The translations under genes and the position numbers were made by a program. Shown piece by piece: positions 41,989-49,220 of a stretch of 57,044 bases of DNA. The number at the start of each line of letters is the position of its first letter. Positions within the stretch are counted from its first letter, which is position 1. The stretch comes from Blastocatellia bacterium (lineage in GTDB: Bacteria > Acidobacteriota > Blastocatellia > UBA7656), in contig DATLWF010000598.1 of the NCBI GenBank assembly GCA_035576605.1, forward strand, positions 1 to 57,044, given 5' to 3'. The notes under the pieces were generated by a model. The model searched no databases. It had not been told where the DNA came from and saw only the letters and a program-made list of their open reading frames with translations.

Positions 41989-42093
41989 TCTGAAATCTTG
42001 AATCTGAAATCTTGAATCTGAAATCTGCGATCTGCAATCTGAGATCTGAAATCTGAAATCTGAGATCTGAGATCTGCAATCTGAGATCTGAAA
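41989..42093. repeat. 15 x 7-bp perfect-register tandem array (TCTGAAA consensus) in the pheA-aroF intergenic region
   Basis: The units are tctgaaa tcttgaa tctgaaa tcttgaa tctgaaa tctgcga tctgcaa tctgaga tctgaaa tctgaaa tctgaga tctgaga tctgcaa tctgaga tctgaaa, with no indels. It ends 13 nt from the aroF start codon. Confidence 0.9.
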
Positions 42094-42112
42094 TGCCCTG
42101 CTGGGCCCTCTC

Positions 42113-42154
42113 ACGTTTTACGTTTCACGCATCACTCGTCACGCATCACTTCTC
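42113..42154. repeat. second heptamer array (ACGYNTC-like, 6 units) overlapping the 3' end of pheA
   Basis: The units are acgtttt acgtttc acgcatc actcgtc acgcatc acttctc. The pheA stop codon (42139-42141) lies inside unit 4/5. Confidence 0.5.
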
Positions 42155-43005
42155 CAGTAGCTCCCCAGCACTCGGACGCTCTCAGCGAGCTCCGAAAGGT
42201 TCGCGAGCGCTCGCTCGACGTGGGGCTCGTGCTGATCGCCGATCAGGTCGAGATAGAACGAGTACTCCCACGGGCGGCCCTCGATGGGACGCGATTCGAT
42301 CTTGGTCAGATCAATGTCGCGCAGCGCGAACGCAGCAAGCGAGCGGAACAGGCCGCCGGGCTTGTTCGCTACCCGAAAGACAATGGATGTCTTCCGCTGG
42401 GCCTCGTTCGAAGTCGTTCTGATGGAAGCCGCGCGGTCCGGCCGGGCGAGCAGAAGGAATCTGGTGAAATTCTGGACGTTGTCTTCGATGCTTTCCGCGA
42501 TGATTTCTGCGCCGTAGACCGCGGCGGCGGTCGCGCCGGCGATTGCCGCGTCCTCCCCGGAGTTGCTCTCGACTATCATCTTGACGCTGCCGGCAGTGTC
42601 GTAAGCGGGCGCGACCTCGATTTGCCGATTGGCACGCAGAAACCGTTCGCACTGTGCGAGCGCGACCGGATGGGAGTGGACGCGACGGACATCGGTGAGG
42701 GCTACGCCGCGGGGCGCGATTAGATGATGCACGATTCTTACGTTCGTTTCGCCGATGATCGTAAGCTCGTGCTCCATCAGCAGATCGTAGTTCTTATGCA
42801 CCGAACCGGCGAGGCTGTTCTCGATCGGAGCTGCCGCGGCATCCGCCGCGCCGGTTGACACCGCCTCAAACATCTCCTCGAAGGTCCGACAGGGAATTGT
42901 TTCGACACTGGAACCGAGGAGTTGTCGCGCAGCGTCTTCGCTGAAAGCTCCGCGTTCGCCTTGGAAGGCGACCGTAGCTGTATTCTCCGGCTTTGTGTGT
43001 TCCAT
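42139..43005 (-). CDS. pheA: prephenate dehydratase (PDT + ACT domains)
   Basis: This is track ORF 42139..43017. ATG 43005 follows GGAGAAG. Signatures are VAFQGERGAFSE, ENSLAGSV, NFTRFLLL (TRF motif) and TKIESRP (ESRP motif). Confidence 0.93.
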   Translation of the reverse strand: MEHTKPENTATVAFQGERGAFSEDAARQLLGSSVETIPCRTFEEMFEAVSTGAADAAAAPIENSLAGSVHKNYDLLMEHELTIIGETNVRIVHHLIAPRGVALTDVRRVHSHPVALAQCERFLRANRQIEVAPAYDTAGSVKMIVESNSGEDAAIAGATAAAVYGAEIIAESIEDNVQNFTRFLLLARPDRAASIRTTSNEAQRKTSIVFRVANKPGGLFRSLAAFALRDIDLTKIESRPIEGRPWEYSFYLDLIGDQHEPHVERALANLSELAESVRVLGSYWRSDA

Positions 43006-43015
43006 CAACTTCTCC

Positions 43016-43056
43016 AAAAACTTTAAAGCCCGCTGCCTTCGTCGGAAGGAGCGGGC
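43016..43056 (-). terminator. attenuator terminator immediately upstream of pheA
   Basis: The minus strand reads GCCCGCTCCTTCCGACGAAGGCAGCGGGC (43028-43056 rc). This gives a 12-bp stem with one bulged C and a CGAC loop. It is followed by TTTAAAGTTTTT, which runs into the pheA RBS. Confidence 0.6.
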
Positions 43057-43083
43057 CTCAAAATCCTAGTATCCGTTCTCGGA

Positions 43084-43206
43084 CTAGACCCCGGCATCCT
43101 CCGCAGTTGCTGCGGTGCTAAAGCTAAAAAAGCTAAACCGGAAGCAGCCTAAACGCCTGTCGCCTCTCGCCGCGTTATTGTTATCTTGTAAAATCCCTAA
43201 GGCCAT
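43084..43206 (-). CDS. Phe-rich leader peptide (40 codons) of the pheA-aroF operon
   Basis: ATG (43204-43206 rc) follows AGGGAG plus 6 nt. The translation is MALGILQDNNNAARGDRRLGCFRFSFFSFSTAATAEDAGV*, with five Phe codons in eight positions. The stop lies 27 nt before the terminator stem. It is below the ORF-track size cut-off. Confidence 0.55.
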   Translation of the reverse strand: MALGILQDNNNAARGDRRLGCFRFSFFSFSTAATAEDAGV

Positions 43207-43239
43207 TGTTCACTCCCTGTCGTTTCCAGCTTGGGCGGC

Positions 43240-43269
43240 ATTATCAATGAGAGCCTCGAAGCCTGTCAA
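43240..43269 (-). promoter_or_regulatory. sigma-70-type promoter of the pheA leader (TTGACA - 18 nt - GATAAT)
   Basis: On the minus strand, TTGACA lies at 43264-43269 rc and GATAAT at 43240-43245 rc. This is about 35 nt upstream of the leader ATG. Confidence 0.5.
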
Positions 43270-43377
43270 GGTGTTTGTCGGCCCGATGACCTTCCTGGAT
43301 TGCAGCCTCCGAGGACATAGCACGCCACCGATAGCACGACACAGCATGGATTATTTCTGGTTCTTAGCAGTTCATGC

Positions 43378-43860
43378 CTACTGACTCATATTCCCTATAT
43401 CTTCGGTGAGCTTCTGAAGTTTTAGCCGGTCGAGTTTCTCAAACGGCAACGAGCAGAACAGGTCGATTCGTCTTTGCAGTTGTATTGCGGCATACCTGAA
43501 CTGGCGGAATTTTGCGTCGTCCGTTCCGGTAGCTAACGCGGGGTCTGGAATACCCCAATGAGCTACGATAGGTTGACCGGGCCAAATCGGGCATGATTCG
43601 CGCGCGTTGTCACAGACCGTTATTACGAAATCAAATTCGACCGCTTCGTATTCATCCCAGGACTTGCTGCGAGCTTCGTTAGCGTCGATGTGATAAAGCT
43701 CCTTTAACACTCGCAAGGCATAAGGATTCACAGTGCCCGTCGGGTAGCTGCCCGCGCTGTAAGTCTCGAAGCGGCCCTCCGCGCATCTCCTGAGTAGATA
43801 CTCAGCAATGATGCTGCGGGCTGAATTGCCAGTGCACAGGAACAGGATGCGTCTTGTCAT
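43378..43860 (-). CDS. arsC: arsenate reductase, LMW-PTPase / thioredoxin-coupled type
   Basis: It reads ILFLCTGNSARSIIAE (CX5R P-loop) and ...VITVCDNARESCPIW. ATG 43860 overlaps the upstream stop (TGATG) and follows AAGGGAG. Confidence 0.92.
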   Translation of the reverse strand: MTRRILFLCTGNSARSIIAEYLLRRCAEGRFETYSAGSYPTGTVNPYALRVLKELYHIDANEARSKSWDEYEAVEFDFVITVCDNARESCPIWPGQPIVAHWGIPDPALATGTDDAKFRQFRYAAIQLQRRIDLFCSLPFEKLDRLKLQKLTEDIGNMSQ

Positions 43861-44183
43861 CACTCGTTTTCTCCCTTTGTGATTGGCGCGCTACTTCGCC
43901 CCCTGTAAAGAATTCTGCTGAGCACTGTCGCGGCGCTCGCAGCGACCGCGATAACAAGCGTAGCGGGACGAAGCCCAGTAGTGACCAATAAGATGACGGT
44001 AATACCGGCCAGCCACAACTGCGCAAAACCGAGAAAGAGTCTCAGCCATCCCCAGATCAATTTGCCGTGACTCTGCGTCCATACCAGACCACTTACATAT
44101 GCCCAAGCGAATATAAGCGCAGTATAAGAATCACATAACACATAATGCAAGCCGTATATGTTTACTGGTAGACTTAAGGGCAA
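43860..44183 (-). CDS. small hydrophobic membrane protein (about 3 TM) translationally coupled to arsC
   Basis: The 107-aa track ORF is very hydrophobic (…LIFAWAYVSGLVW…LIWGWLRLFLGFAQLWLAGITVILLVTTGL…LVIAVAASAATVL). It has only non-ATG starts (TTG 44183, TTG or GTG further in), so its 5' end is uncertain. Confidence 0.5.
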   Translation of the reverse strand: MPLSLPVNIYGLHYVLCDSYTALIFAWAYVSGLVWTQSHGKLIWGWLRLFLGFAQLWLAGITVILLVTTGLRPATLVIAVAASAATVLSRILYRGRSSAPITKGENE

Positions 44184-44605
44184 TGAAAGGCCGAAACAAA
44201 CAGTTTGATATGGATCAATTACTTCGCGCGCTGGCTGATCGGACGCGACTGCGATTGCTCAACCTGATGGGGAACGATGAAGTGTGCGTCTGTTTCTTTG
44301 TCGAGATTCTGAGAGAAAGCCAGCCAAAAATATCGCGCCATCTGGCGTACTTGCGCAGAGCGGGGATAGTCGTATCCCGCCGCGAAGGCAAGTGGATGCA
44401 TTATCGGATTACCGAGCCGCCTGATCTTCATGCTGCGAGGGTGCTTAGTGAGGTGCGAGCTTGCTTAAACGAGGACAAGAAGATGCAGCGTGAGCGTTCG
44501 CGTTTGGTGAGCGCGTTTTGTGCGGCCGATCTGCCCATACAACTTCGGGGAGCACCGCGACCGACGAATTACTCGGGGGTTGTTGATTCGACCACTGCCG
44601 TGTGA
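44183..44605 (+). CDS. arsR: ArsR/SmtB-family metalloregulator
   Basis: It reads LLRALADRTRLRLLNLMGNDEVCVCFFVEILRESQPKISRHLAYLRRAGIV, a wHTH with a CVC metalloid-binding motif. It is divergent from the membrane-protein/arsC pair. An alternative start lies at ATG 44210. Confidence 0.88.
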   Translation: MKGRNKQFDMDQLLRALADRTRLRLLNLMGNDEVCVCFFVEILRESQPKISRHLAYLRRAGIVVSRREGKWMHYRITEPPDLHAARVLSEVRACLNEDKKMQRERSRLVSAFCAADLPIQLRGAPRPTNYSGVVDSTTAV

Positions 44606-44612
44606 TGCTTCA

Positions 44613-46148
44613 TCAAACGCGCTCGAGCCCGAACATCTTCTTGTAGTGCCGATACCAGTCGCTCTGAAACACTTCGTCCGGGTCGTGCTTGACCTTCAGC
44701 TCTAGAAACTCCCTGAACTGCGGATAACAAGCTTCCACCTGCTCCTTCGTCGCGAAACGGTGATAAGTCAGGTAGTAGCTTCCGCCATACTTGACACCCA
44801 GATCGATTAAACTGCGAAACGCGGCGGCGGCATTCTCCAATCCCGTCGTGTCGTGGTTAACGTGTAGATTGAAGATCACGCACGCAAACGATTTGCGGGC
44901 CCAGCGGAGAAAGCTCTCTTCGTCCTTCTCGATCAACCGAACCGTTCCATAGATCACGTTCCCGTTTTGGTTTCTCAAAGCAACGCGGGCATCTTCCATG
45001 AAGCTCGCCAAGGATTCCCTTGGAACATATATCTCGGTGATCATCTCGGTGGCTTTCACCTTCGCGCCCAGCTTGCGATCGAGCTCTTCGTGATAGTTGT
45101 CCACGTAGGCAGCCGACAGTTGAGAATCGGCCCAGTAGACCTGCCCCGATGTTGCGAGATACCGCTTCGTATAGACCTCGAACGCGCGGCGCTTGTATTT
45201 ATGCGAATAGTACGTCAGCCGCGCCCAATCCTCCGGGTGAAACCGGGTAGGGTTTACGGTGAGCGGCGTCGCCGGATCAACCGGGCGATAACACGAGAAG
45301 ACTCCGCGGCGGAGAAAGCTTTCACGGCTGCTGTCGGTCGCGAACTGGAAGTCTCCGTACAAGTACCCATCCGCGATTCGCCGATCGAAGGACTGTATGA
45401 TGTCTTTCATGTCTCGAATCTCGACTATGCGCTGTACTTTCCTGCGTTCCCACAACCGCAGCCGCACTGATGTCACGATGCCAAACAGACCGTAGCCGCC
45501 AATGACTAACCGAAACAGCGCAGAGTTCTTGTCGCGGCTGCATGGCACGACCGCGCCGGTGTGATCCATCAGAGTGAAGGAATCAACCTGGTCGATGATC
45601 GGCTTGAATTTCAAGCCCCGGCCGTGAACATTCGAGGCGAGCGCGCCGCCGATCGAGAGCCGATCCGCGCCCGTCTGTTTCTGCACTATGCCCCACTGTT
45701 TCTCACGGCCGGCTTGAACTCTCATCAAGTAGTCGAGCAACTGAGGCCATTCAATCCCTGCCTCGACCTCGACGATGCCTCGTTCCGCATCCAGGTTCAG
45801 CACGCGATTCATTCCCGTCATATCGACGAGGATTGTCCCGGTACCGAACTGCTGCGCGCCCATCGAATGGCGTCCGCCGGAAATGCTGATGGCTTTGCCT
45901 TGGGCTCTGGCGGTGAGGATCGTGGCGCGCATATCGTTCGAAGAGAGCGGCTTGATGACGCGGCTGACACGAGTCGCGTTGAGCTGAGAGTGAATGTCAT
46001 TGACGATGGCTTCTGAGTTGTCGGACGTTTTTGGCGCGACAGCTATGAGCGACTGTGGGGACGCCGAGCCGGTCAATACGCCGGGCATCGCAGCAACGGC
46101 GCAAGTCGCTTTCAAGAAATCGAAAAACTCTCGTCGTGATAACGTCAT
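44613..46148 (-). CDS. Tat-exported FAD-binding (PCMH/FAD_binding_4) oxidoreductase
   Basis: This is track ORF 44613..46169. ATG 46148 follows GAGGA. It has a twin-arginine signal MTLSRREFFDFLKATCAVAAMPG and an FAD-binding region (…ISISGGRHSMGAQQFGTGTILVDM…GIVEVEAGIEW…GGALASNVHGRG). Confidence 0.85.
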   Translation of the reverse strand: MTLSRREFFDFLKATCAVAAMPGVLTGSASPQSLIAVAPKTSDNSEAIVNDIHSQLNATRVSRVIKPLSSNDMRATILTARAQGKAISISGGRHSMGAQQFGTGTILVDMTGMNRVLNLDAERGIVEVEAGIEWPQLLDYLMRVQAGREKQWGIVQKQTGADRLSIGGALASNVHGRGLKFKPIIDQVDSFTLMDHTGAVVPCSRDKNSALFRLVIGGYGLFGIVTSVRLRLWERRKVQRIVEIRDMKDIIQSFDRRIADGYLYGDFQFATDSSRESFLRRGVFSCYRPVDPATPLTVNPTRFHPEDWARLTYYSHKYKRRAFEVYTKRYLATSGQVYWADSQLSAAYVDNYHEELDRKLGAKVKATEMITEIYVPRESLASFMEDARVALRNQNGNVIYGTVRLIEKDEESFLRWARKSFACVIFNLHVNHDTTGLENAAAAFRSLIDLGVKYGGSYYLTYHRFATKEQVEACYPQFREFLELKVKHDPDEVFQSDWYRHYKKMFGLERV

Positions 46149-46233
46149 GGTCGTCCTCGCGATGGTCACCTCAACCGCGTGTTCACGTTACGTAGGCACT
46201 ATCTATGCTCGCCGACAGCATCGCTGCGGCAAA

Positions 46234-46749
46234 TCATTTCTTCGACTTGGCGCCCGCTGGCGTTCGCGCCTTTTGCACCTGTTTCATAAAACCGCTGGCG
46301 ATCTTTCCCGCGGCGGTGCCGAAGAGCGAGTTCACCTTTCCGCTGGCGACAACGAGCCGAGTCCTTGTGTCGACGACGACATAGGGATATTCGGTCGTAA
46401 AATTTGATCGTCGAACCTCCATAACGAGGTCAGCAGCTTTCGAGTCTTTTGTTACGAGCAAGCCCGCTTGTTGGAACTCCGCGCGCTTTAGCAGCTCGCT
46501 CTCAATCACCTCTGATTTCACGAATGCAGTTCGCGAGCAGACGTAAATGATGCGAGCGGACGCCAGAATAGCCACAGGATCTACGGCCGATTCTGTTCCA
46601 GCTTGAGGAATGGTCGCCAATCTCAATCGACTTTCGTTCTGACCCGTCGTATGCATCGCTCGGGCTGAGCGGTTCAAGCCGACATTCAACACTAGGATCA
46701 GTAACAGTCCCACGGTTAAGTTTGCTAAGCTTGATTTCAGTCTAGCCAT
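46234..46749 (-). CDS. hypothetical secreted protein
   Basis: The 171-aa ORF has a GAGGAG RBS and an N-terminal hydrophobic signal. I recognised no family. Confidence 0.65.
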   Translation of the reverse strand: MARLKSSLANLTVGLLLILVLNVGLNRSARAMHTTGQNESRLRLATIPQAGTESAVDPVAILASARIIYVCSRTAFVKSEVIESELLKRAEFQQAGLLVTKDSKAADLVMEVRRSNFTTEYPYVVVDTRTRLVVASGKVNSLFGTAAGKIASGFMKQVQKARTPAGAKSKK

Positions 46750-46867
46750 TTGATTCTCCTCGTGTATGACGAAGGCCCTGAGTATCCATGAATACTCATT
46801 TGACCTCGTCCTGTTCCTATCGCCAGAAGCCAGGCTGCCGGCGTTATCGATCGGTTCGTGATGGGGG

Positions 46868-47275
46868 TCATATTCGATTTCCTATGATCTTGGCCGAGGT
46901 GTAAGCGTCCAGCGGCGAGAGCAAAATGATCATCAGCCAGATCGGAATTGCCATCAGCGCCAATAGCATTCTCTTGGAGACGCTGCCCCTTCTAGCGCCC
47001 GATGCGCTTGCTGGCACGCCGGCCGAGACCGCATTGACCAGTGGGCCCGATACGGGATGATAGAGCTTCTGCTGCGAAACGTACGCAGTCGCGTACTGCT
47101 GTAGCGGTTCGGACCAGGAGTAGCCGACTGAGACCATCGTCGGGGAAGAAGAGGGCAGCGCGTGGCTTTGGCACGCTCCGCACGAGCGACAGAACCTGCT
47201 CTCCTCGATTAATCCGGCGCCGCAACTTCTGCACGGCTTGATTGCTACGGTAGTTGTCTGGTCCGATTCGTACAT
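46868..47275 (-). CDS. zinc-ribbon protein with C-terminal TM helix
   Basis: This is track ORF 46868..47410. The first 45 codons are a translated palindromic repeat. ATG 47275 follows AAGGAG. It has CRSCGAGLIEESRFCRSCGAC (two CxxC pairs) and a C-terminal helix LLALMAIPIWLMIILLSPL. Confidence 0.6.
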   Translation of the reverse strand: MYESDQTTTVAIKPCRSCGAGLIEESRFCRSCGACQSHALPSSSPTMVSVGYSWSEPLQQYATAYVSQQKLYHPVSGPLVNAVSAGVPASASGARRGSVSKRMLLALMAIPIWLMIILLSPLDAYTSAKIIGNRI

Positions 47276-47291
47276 AAGCCGCTCCTTTCCA

Positions 47292-47471
47292 GAGTTCGTA
47301 GTTCGGCCTTTAAGCGGAAGTTTTCCGTTCAGAGTATCGACTTTAGTCGGAAGTTTGTCGTTCAGAGTACCGACTTTAGTCGGCTCGTTGAAATTGGTCA
47401 TCAAAAACATCGCCGACTAAAGTCGGTACTCTGAACGGAAAACTTCCGCTTAAAGGCCGAACTACGAACTC
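47292..47471. repeat. 180-bp composite palindrome (59-bp arms, 1 mismatch) filling an entire intergenic gap
   Basis: 47292-47336 is the exact reverse complement of 47427-47471 (45 bp). The arms extend through (T/C)CGACTTTAGTCGG. There is an internal ~33-nt tandem duplication. It shares its outer 31 nt with 35939-36032. It begins 1 nt after the upstream stop and ends 17 nt before the next ATG. Confidence 0.85.
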
Positions 47472-48200
47472 TCATCTACGGACTGTTCCGGGTTGCTGCT
47501 CAGGTTGCTGAATGACGGGCAGCGTCGCGGGCTTGAGGAATTTGATTCGGAGAATGGTTCCGGGGCCGATGCGAATGTCGCTTCCTTTAGTGAGCAGTAG
47601 ACCTCCGATCATTCCCGCTGCCACGCCGATGCCGCCGATACCCAGTGCTTGTCTGCCGGAAGCACCGGCCGCGCCGCCAAGCGCCACGCCCACAATCGCC
47701 CCGGAAAACCCGAGTGACGAGGCTTTTCTCATGTTCTCGACGGTCTTTTCGCCCCGATGTCCGCCCTTCAACTTACCCCGCTCATCAGCTTTGATCGTTT
47801 CCTCTTTATCCCAGTCGTCAATCGCGGTAACCTGCGCCGAGATCGGCATCCGGCCAGAAGCCGTGACAACGCTCTCGAAGTTGATCGACAGGTGCGAGCT
47901 TCTTTGCCCGCGTTTCGCCGGCGCGATTTTCATAATTCGACCTTGGAACTCAGCTCCGCGAGGCAGCACGATTTCGCCCTCTCCATAAATCGGCTCGGCT
48001 AGCGTCGCGGTGATGATGTCGTCAGGCTCGCTGAGCTTCGAGTTGATGCGTGATTGAAGGGTGAGACGTGCCTTGGTTTCGGACTGAATGGTTGCCTCTC
48101 GGAGCGGCTGCGGATCGCGGTCGCGCGCCGGTATCGCGGTGGAGAAGCCGACCATCAGCAGCGTTACGGCAGTGGCTCGGCGAGTGATTGAATGTGACAT
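47472..48200 (-). CDS. hypothetical secreted protein with C-terminal glycine-zipper segment
   Basis: The 242-aa ORF has a strong AGGAGG RBS, a signal peptide and a Gly-zipper-like stretch GFSGAIVGVALGGAAGASGRQALGIGGIGVAAGMIGGLLL. Confidence 0.7.
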   Translation of the reverse strand: MSHSITRRATAVTLLMVGFSTAIPARDRDPQPLREATIQSETKARLTLQSRINSKLSEPDDIITATLAEPIYGEGEIVLPRGAEFQGRIMKIAPAKRGQRSSHLSINFESVVTASGRMPISAQVTAIDDWDKEETIKADERGKLKGGHRGEKTVENMRKASSLGFSGAIVGVALGGAAGASGRQALGIGGIGVAAGMIGGLLLTKGSDIRIGPGTILRIKFLKPATLPVIQQPEQQPGTVRR

Positions 48201-48288
48201 ATTCGTGCCTCCTGATCTGACGAGATTGTATGGTCAAAGTCAGGCAGGCACTTGTAGATGTGTGACACTTATTGAAGCGTCACAAGTA

Positions 48289-49206
48289 TCAGACGAGCGG
48301 TGTTGTGAGGAATTCTTTGAAGTTGCGCAGCTCGTCGAGCGATGAGTCGGCTATGATTCGGAACACTCGAGTCCGGCAACCCGCGGGAAGCTGTGTTGCA
48401 GTGAGCGCATCGGTTATCACCATCGCGCTCGACTTCAAGCCCTTCTGCCAGCCCGGTTCGCGTGCATCGCGAAAGCTCATCGCGTCAGGGTCGAGCGCGG
48501 CAGCGACCAGGATCGTGCGCGCCCATTTCAGGAAATCAGGCCAGCGCGAGACGACCGTCACAAGCGAGTCAGCCGAGGGGCGCTCCTGACCCGCAATTGA
48601 TCCGGGCACCGAGCGCAATCGCAACAGCAAGCACGACGCATCGGGTGGCAGGGCGGCTCTCACCCCCTCTGCCTGACCGTACATTGCAACTGCTGCGGCG
48701 CCGGCGAGCACCTCAGGACGAGAGCATTCCTCGATCCCCACCCCCGCGACTCGAAAGCTGGTTGCTTGTTTGATTTCAGCGATCAGTATGCTGCGCATCT
48801 CTTCGTCCGGTTCGATGACCAGGAAGTGATCGGGCGGTTGAGTCTCAAGCCAGCGCTTGACCCGCGCTTGAATCTCGCCGAGCGAGTGGCCTCTTTCACG
48901 AGCCACCTGAAGCAGCGTCGATATCAACTGATCGAGTTCAAGCTTCGGATCGGTTGCAACATCTGTACTGAGCTCGCGAACGTAGACCCCGCTTCCTTTG
49001 CGGAACTCGACCCAGCCTCTCTTCTCCAGGTCCTGAAAGGCCGCGCTCACTGTGTTCGAGTGAATGTCGTAGCGGCGCGCGAGCTCGCGGGTGCTTGGGA
49101 GCTTCTGGCCGGGCTTCAGATCATTGCTTACTATGCCGAGGAGGATCTGTGTCGCGAGCTGCTCGCGCAGAGGGACTTCGCTGCTTTTTGAAAGCCAGAT
49201 TCGCAT
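48289..49206 (-). CDS. GntR-family transcriptional regulator with an unassigned C-terminal domain
   Basis: This is track ORF 48289..49308, with start taken at ATG 49206. The upstream 34 codons are a translated palindrome. The wHTH reads LREQLATQILLGIVSNDLKPGQKLPSTRELARRYDIHSNTVSAAFQDLEKRGWV. Confidence 0.8.
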   Translation of the reverse strand: MRIWLSKSSEVPLREQLATQILLGIVSNDLKPGQKLPSTRELARRYDIHSNTVSAAFQDLEKRGWVEFRKGSGVYVRELSTDVATDPKLELDQLISTLLQVARERGHSLGEIQARVKRWLETQPPDHFLVIEPDEEMRSILIAEIKQATSFRVAGVGIEECSRPEVLAGAAAVAMYGQAEGVRAALPPDASCLLLRLRSVPGSIAGQERPSADSLVTVVSRWPDFLKWARTILVAAALDPDAMSFRDAREPGWQKGLKSSAMVITDALTATQLPAGCRTRVFRIIADSSLDELRNFKEFLTTPLV

Positions 49207-49220
49207 GGCCTGCAAGGCTG

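Noticed and set aside
41989-42093. The possibility that the tandem arrays (also 53621-53724 and 898-939) are CRISPR arrays.
   Set aside because: The units are 7 bp and directly abutting, with no spacers. No cas genes or leader are present. These are microsatellite-like heptamer arrays.
43115-43384. An 89-aa plus-strand ORF (MLKLKKLNRKQPKRLSP...).
   Set aside because: It lies antisense to the pheA leader, promoter and attenuator. The Lys-rich start is simply the complement of the Phe codon run, and it has no RBS.
47276-47410. The N-terminal 45 codons of track ORF 46868..47410 (…PTKVGTLNDKLPTKVDTLNGKLPLKGRTTNS…).
   Set aside because: This stretch is the translation of the 180-bp palindromic repeat. 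A proper AAGGAG-ATG start (47275) lies just downstream of the repeat.
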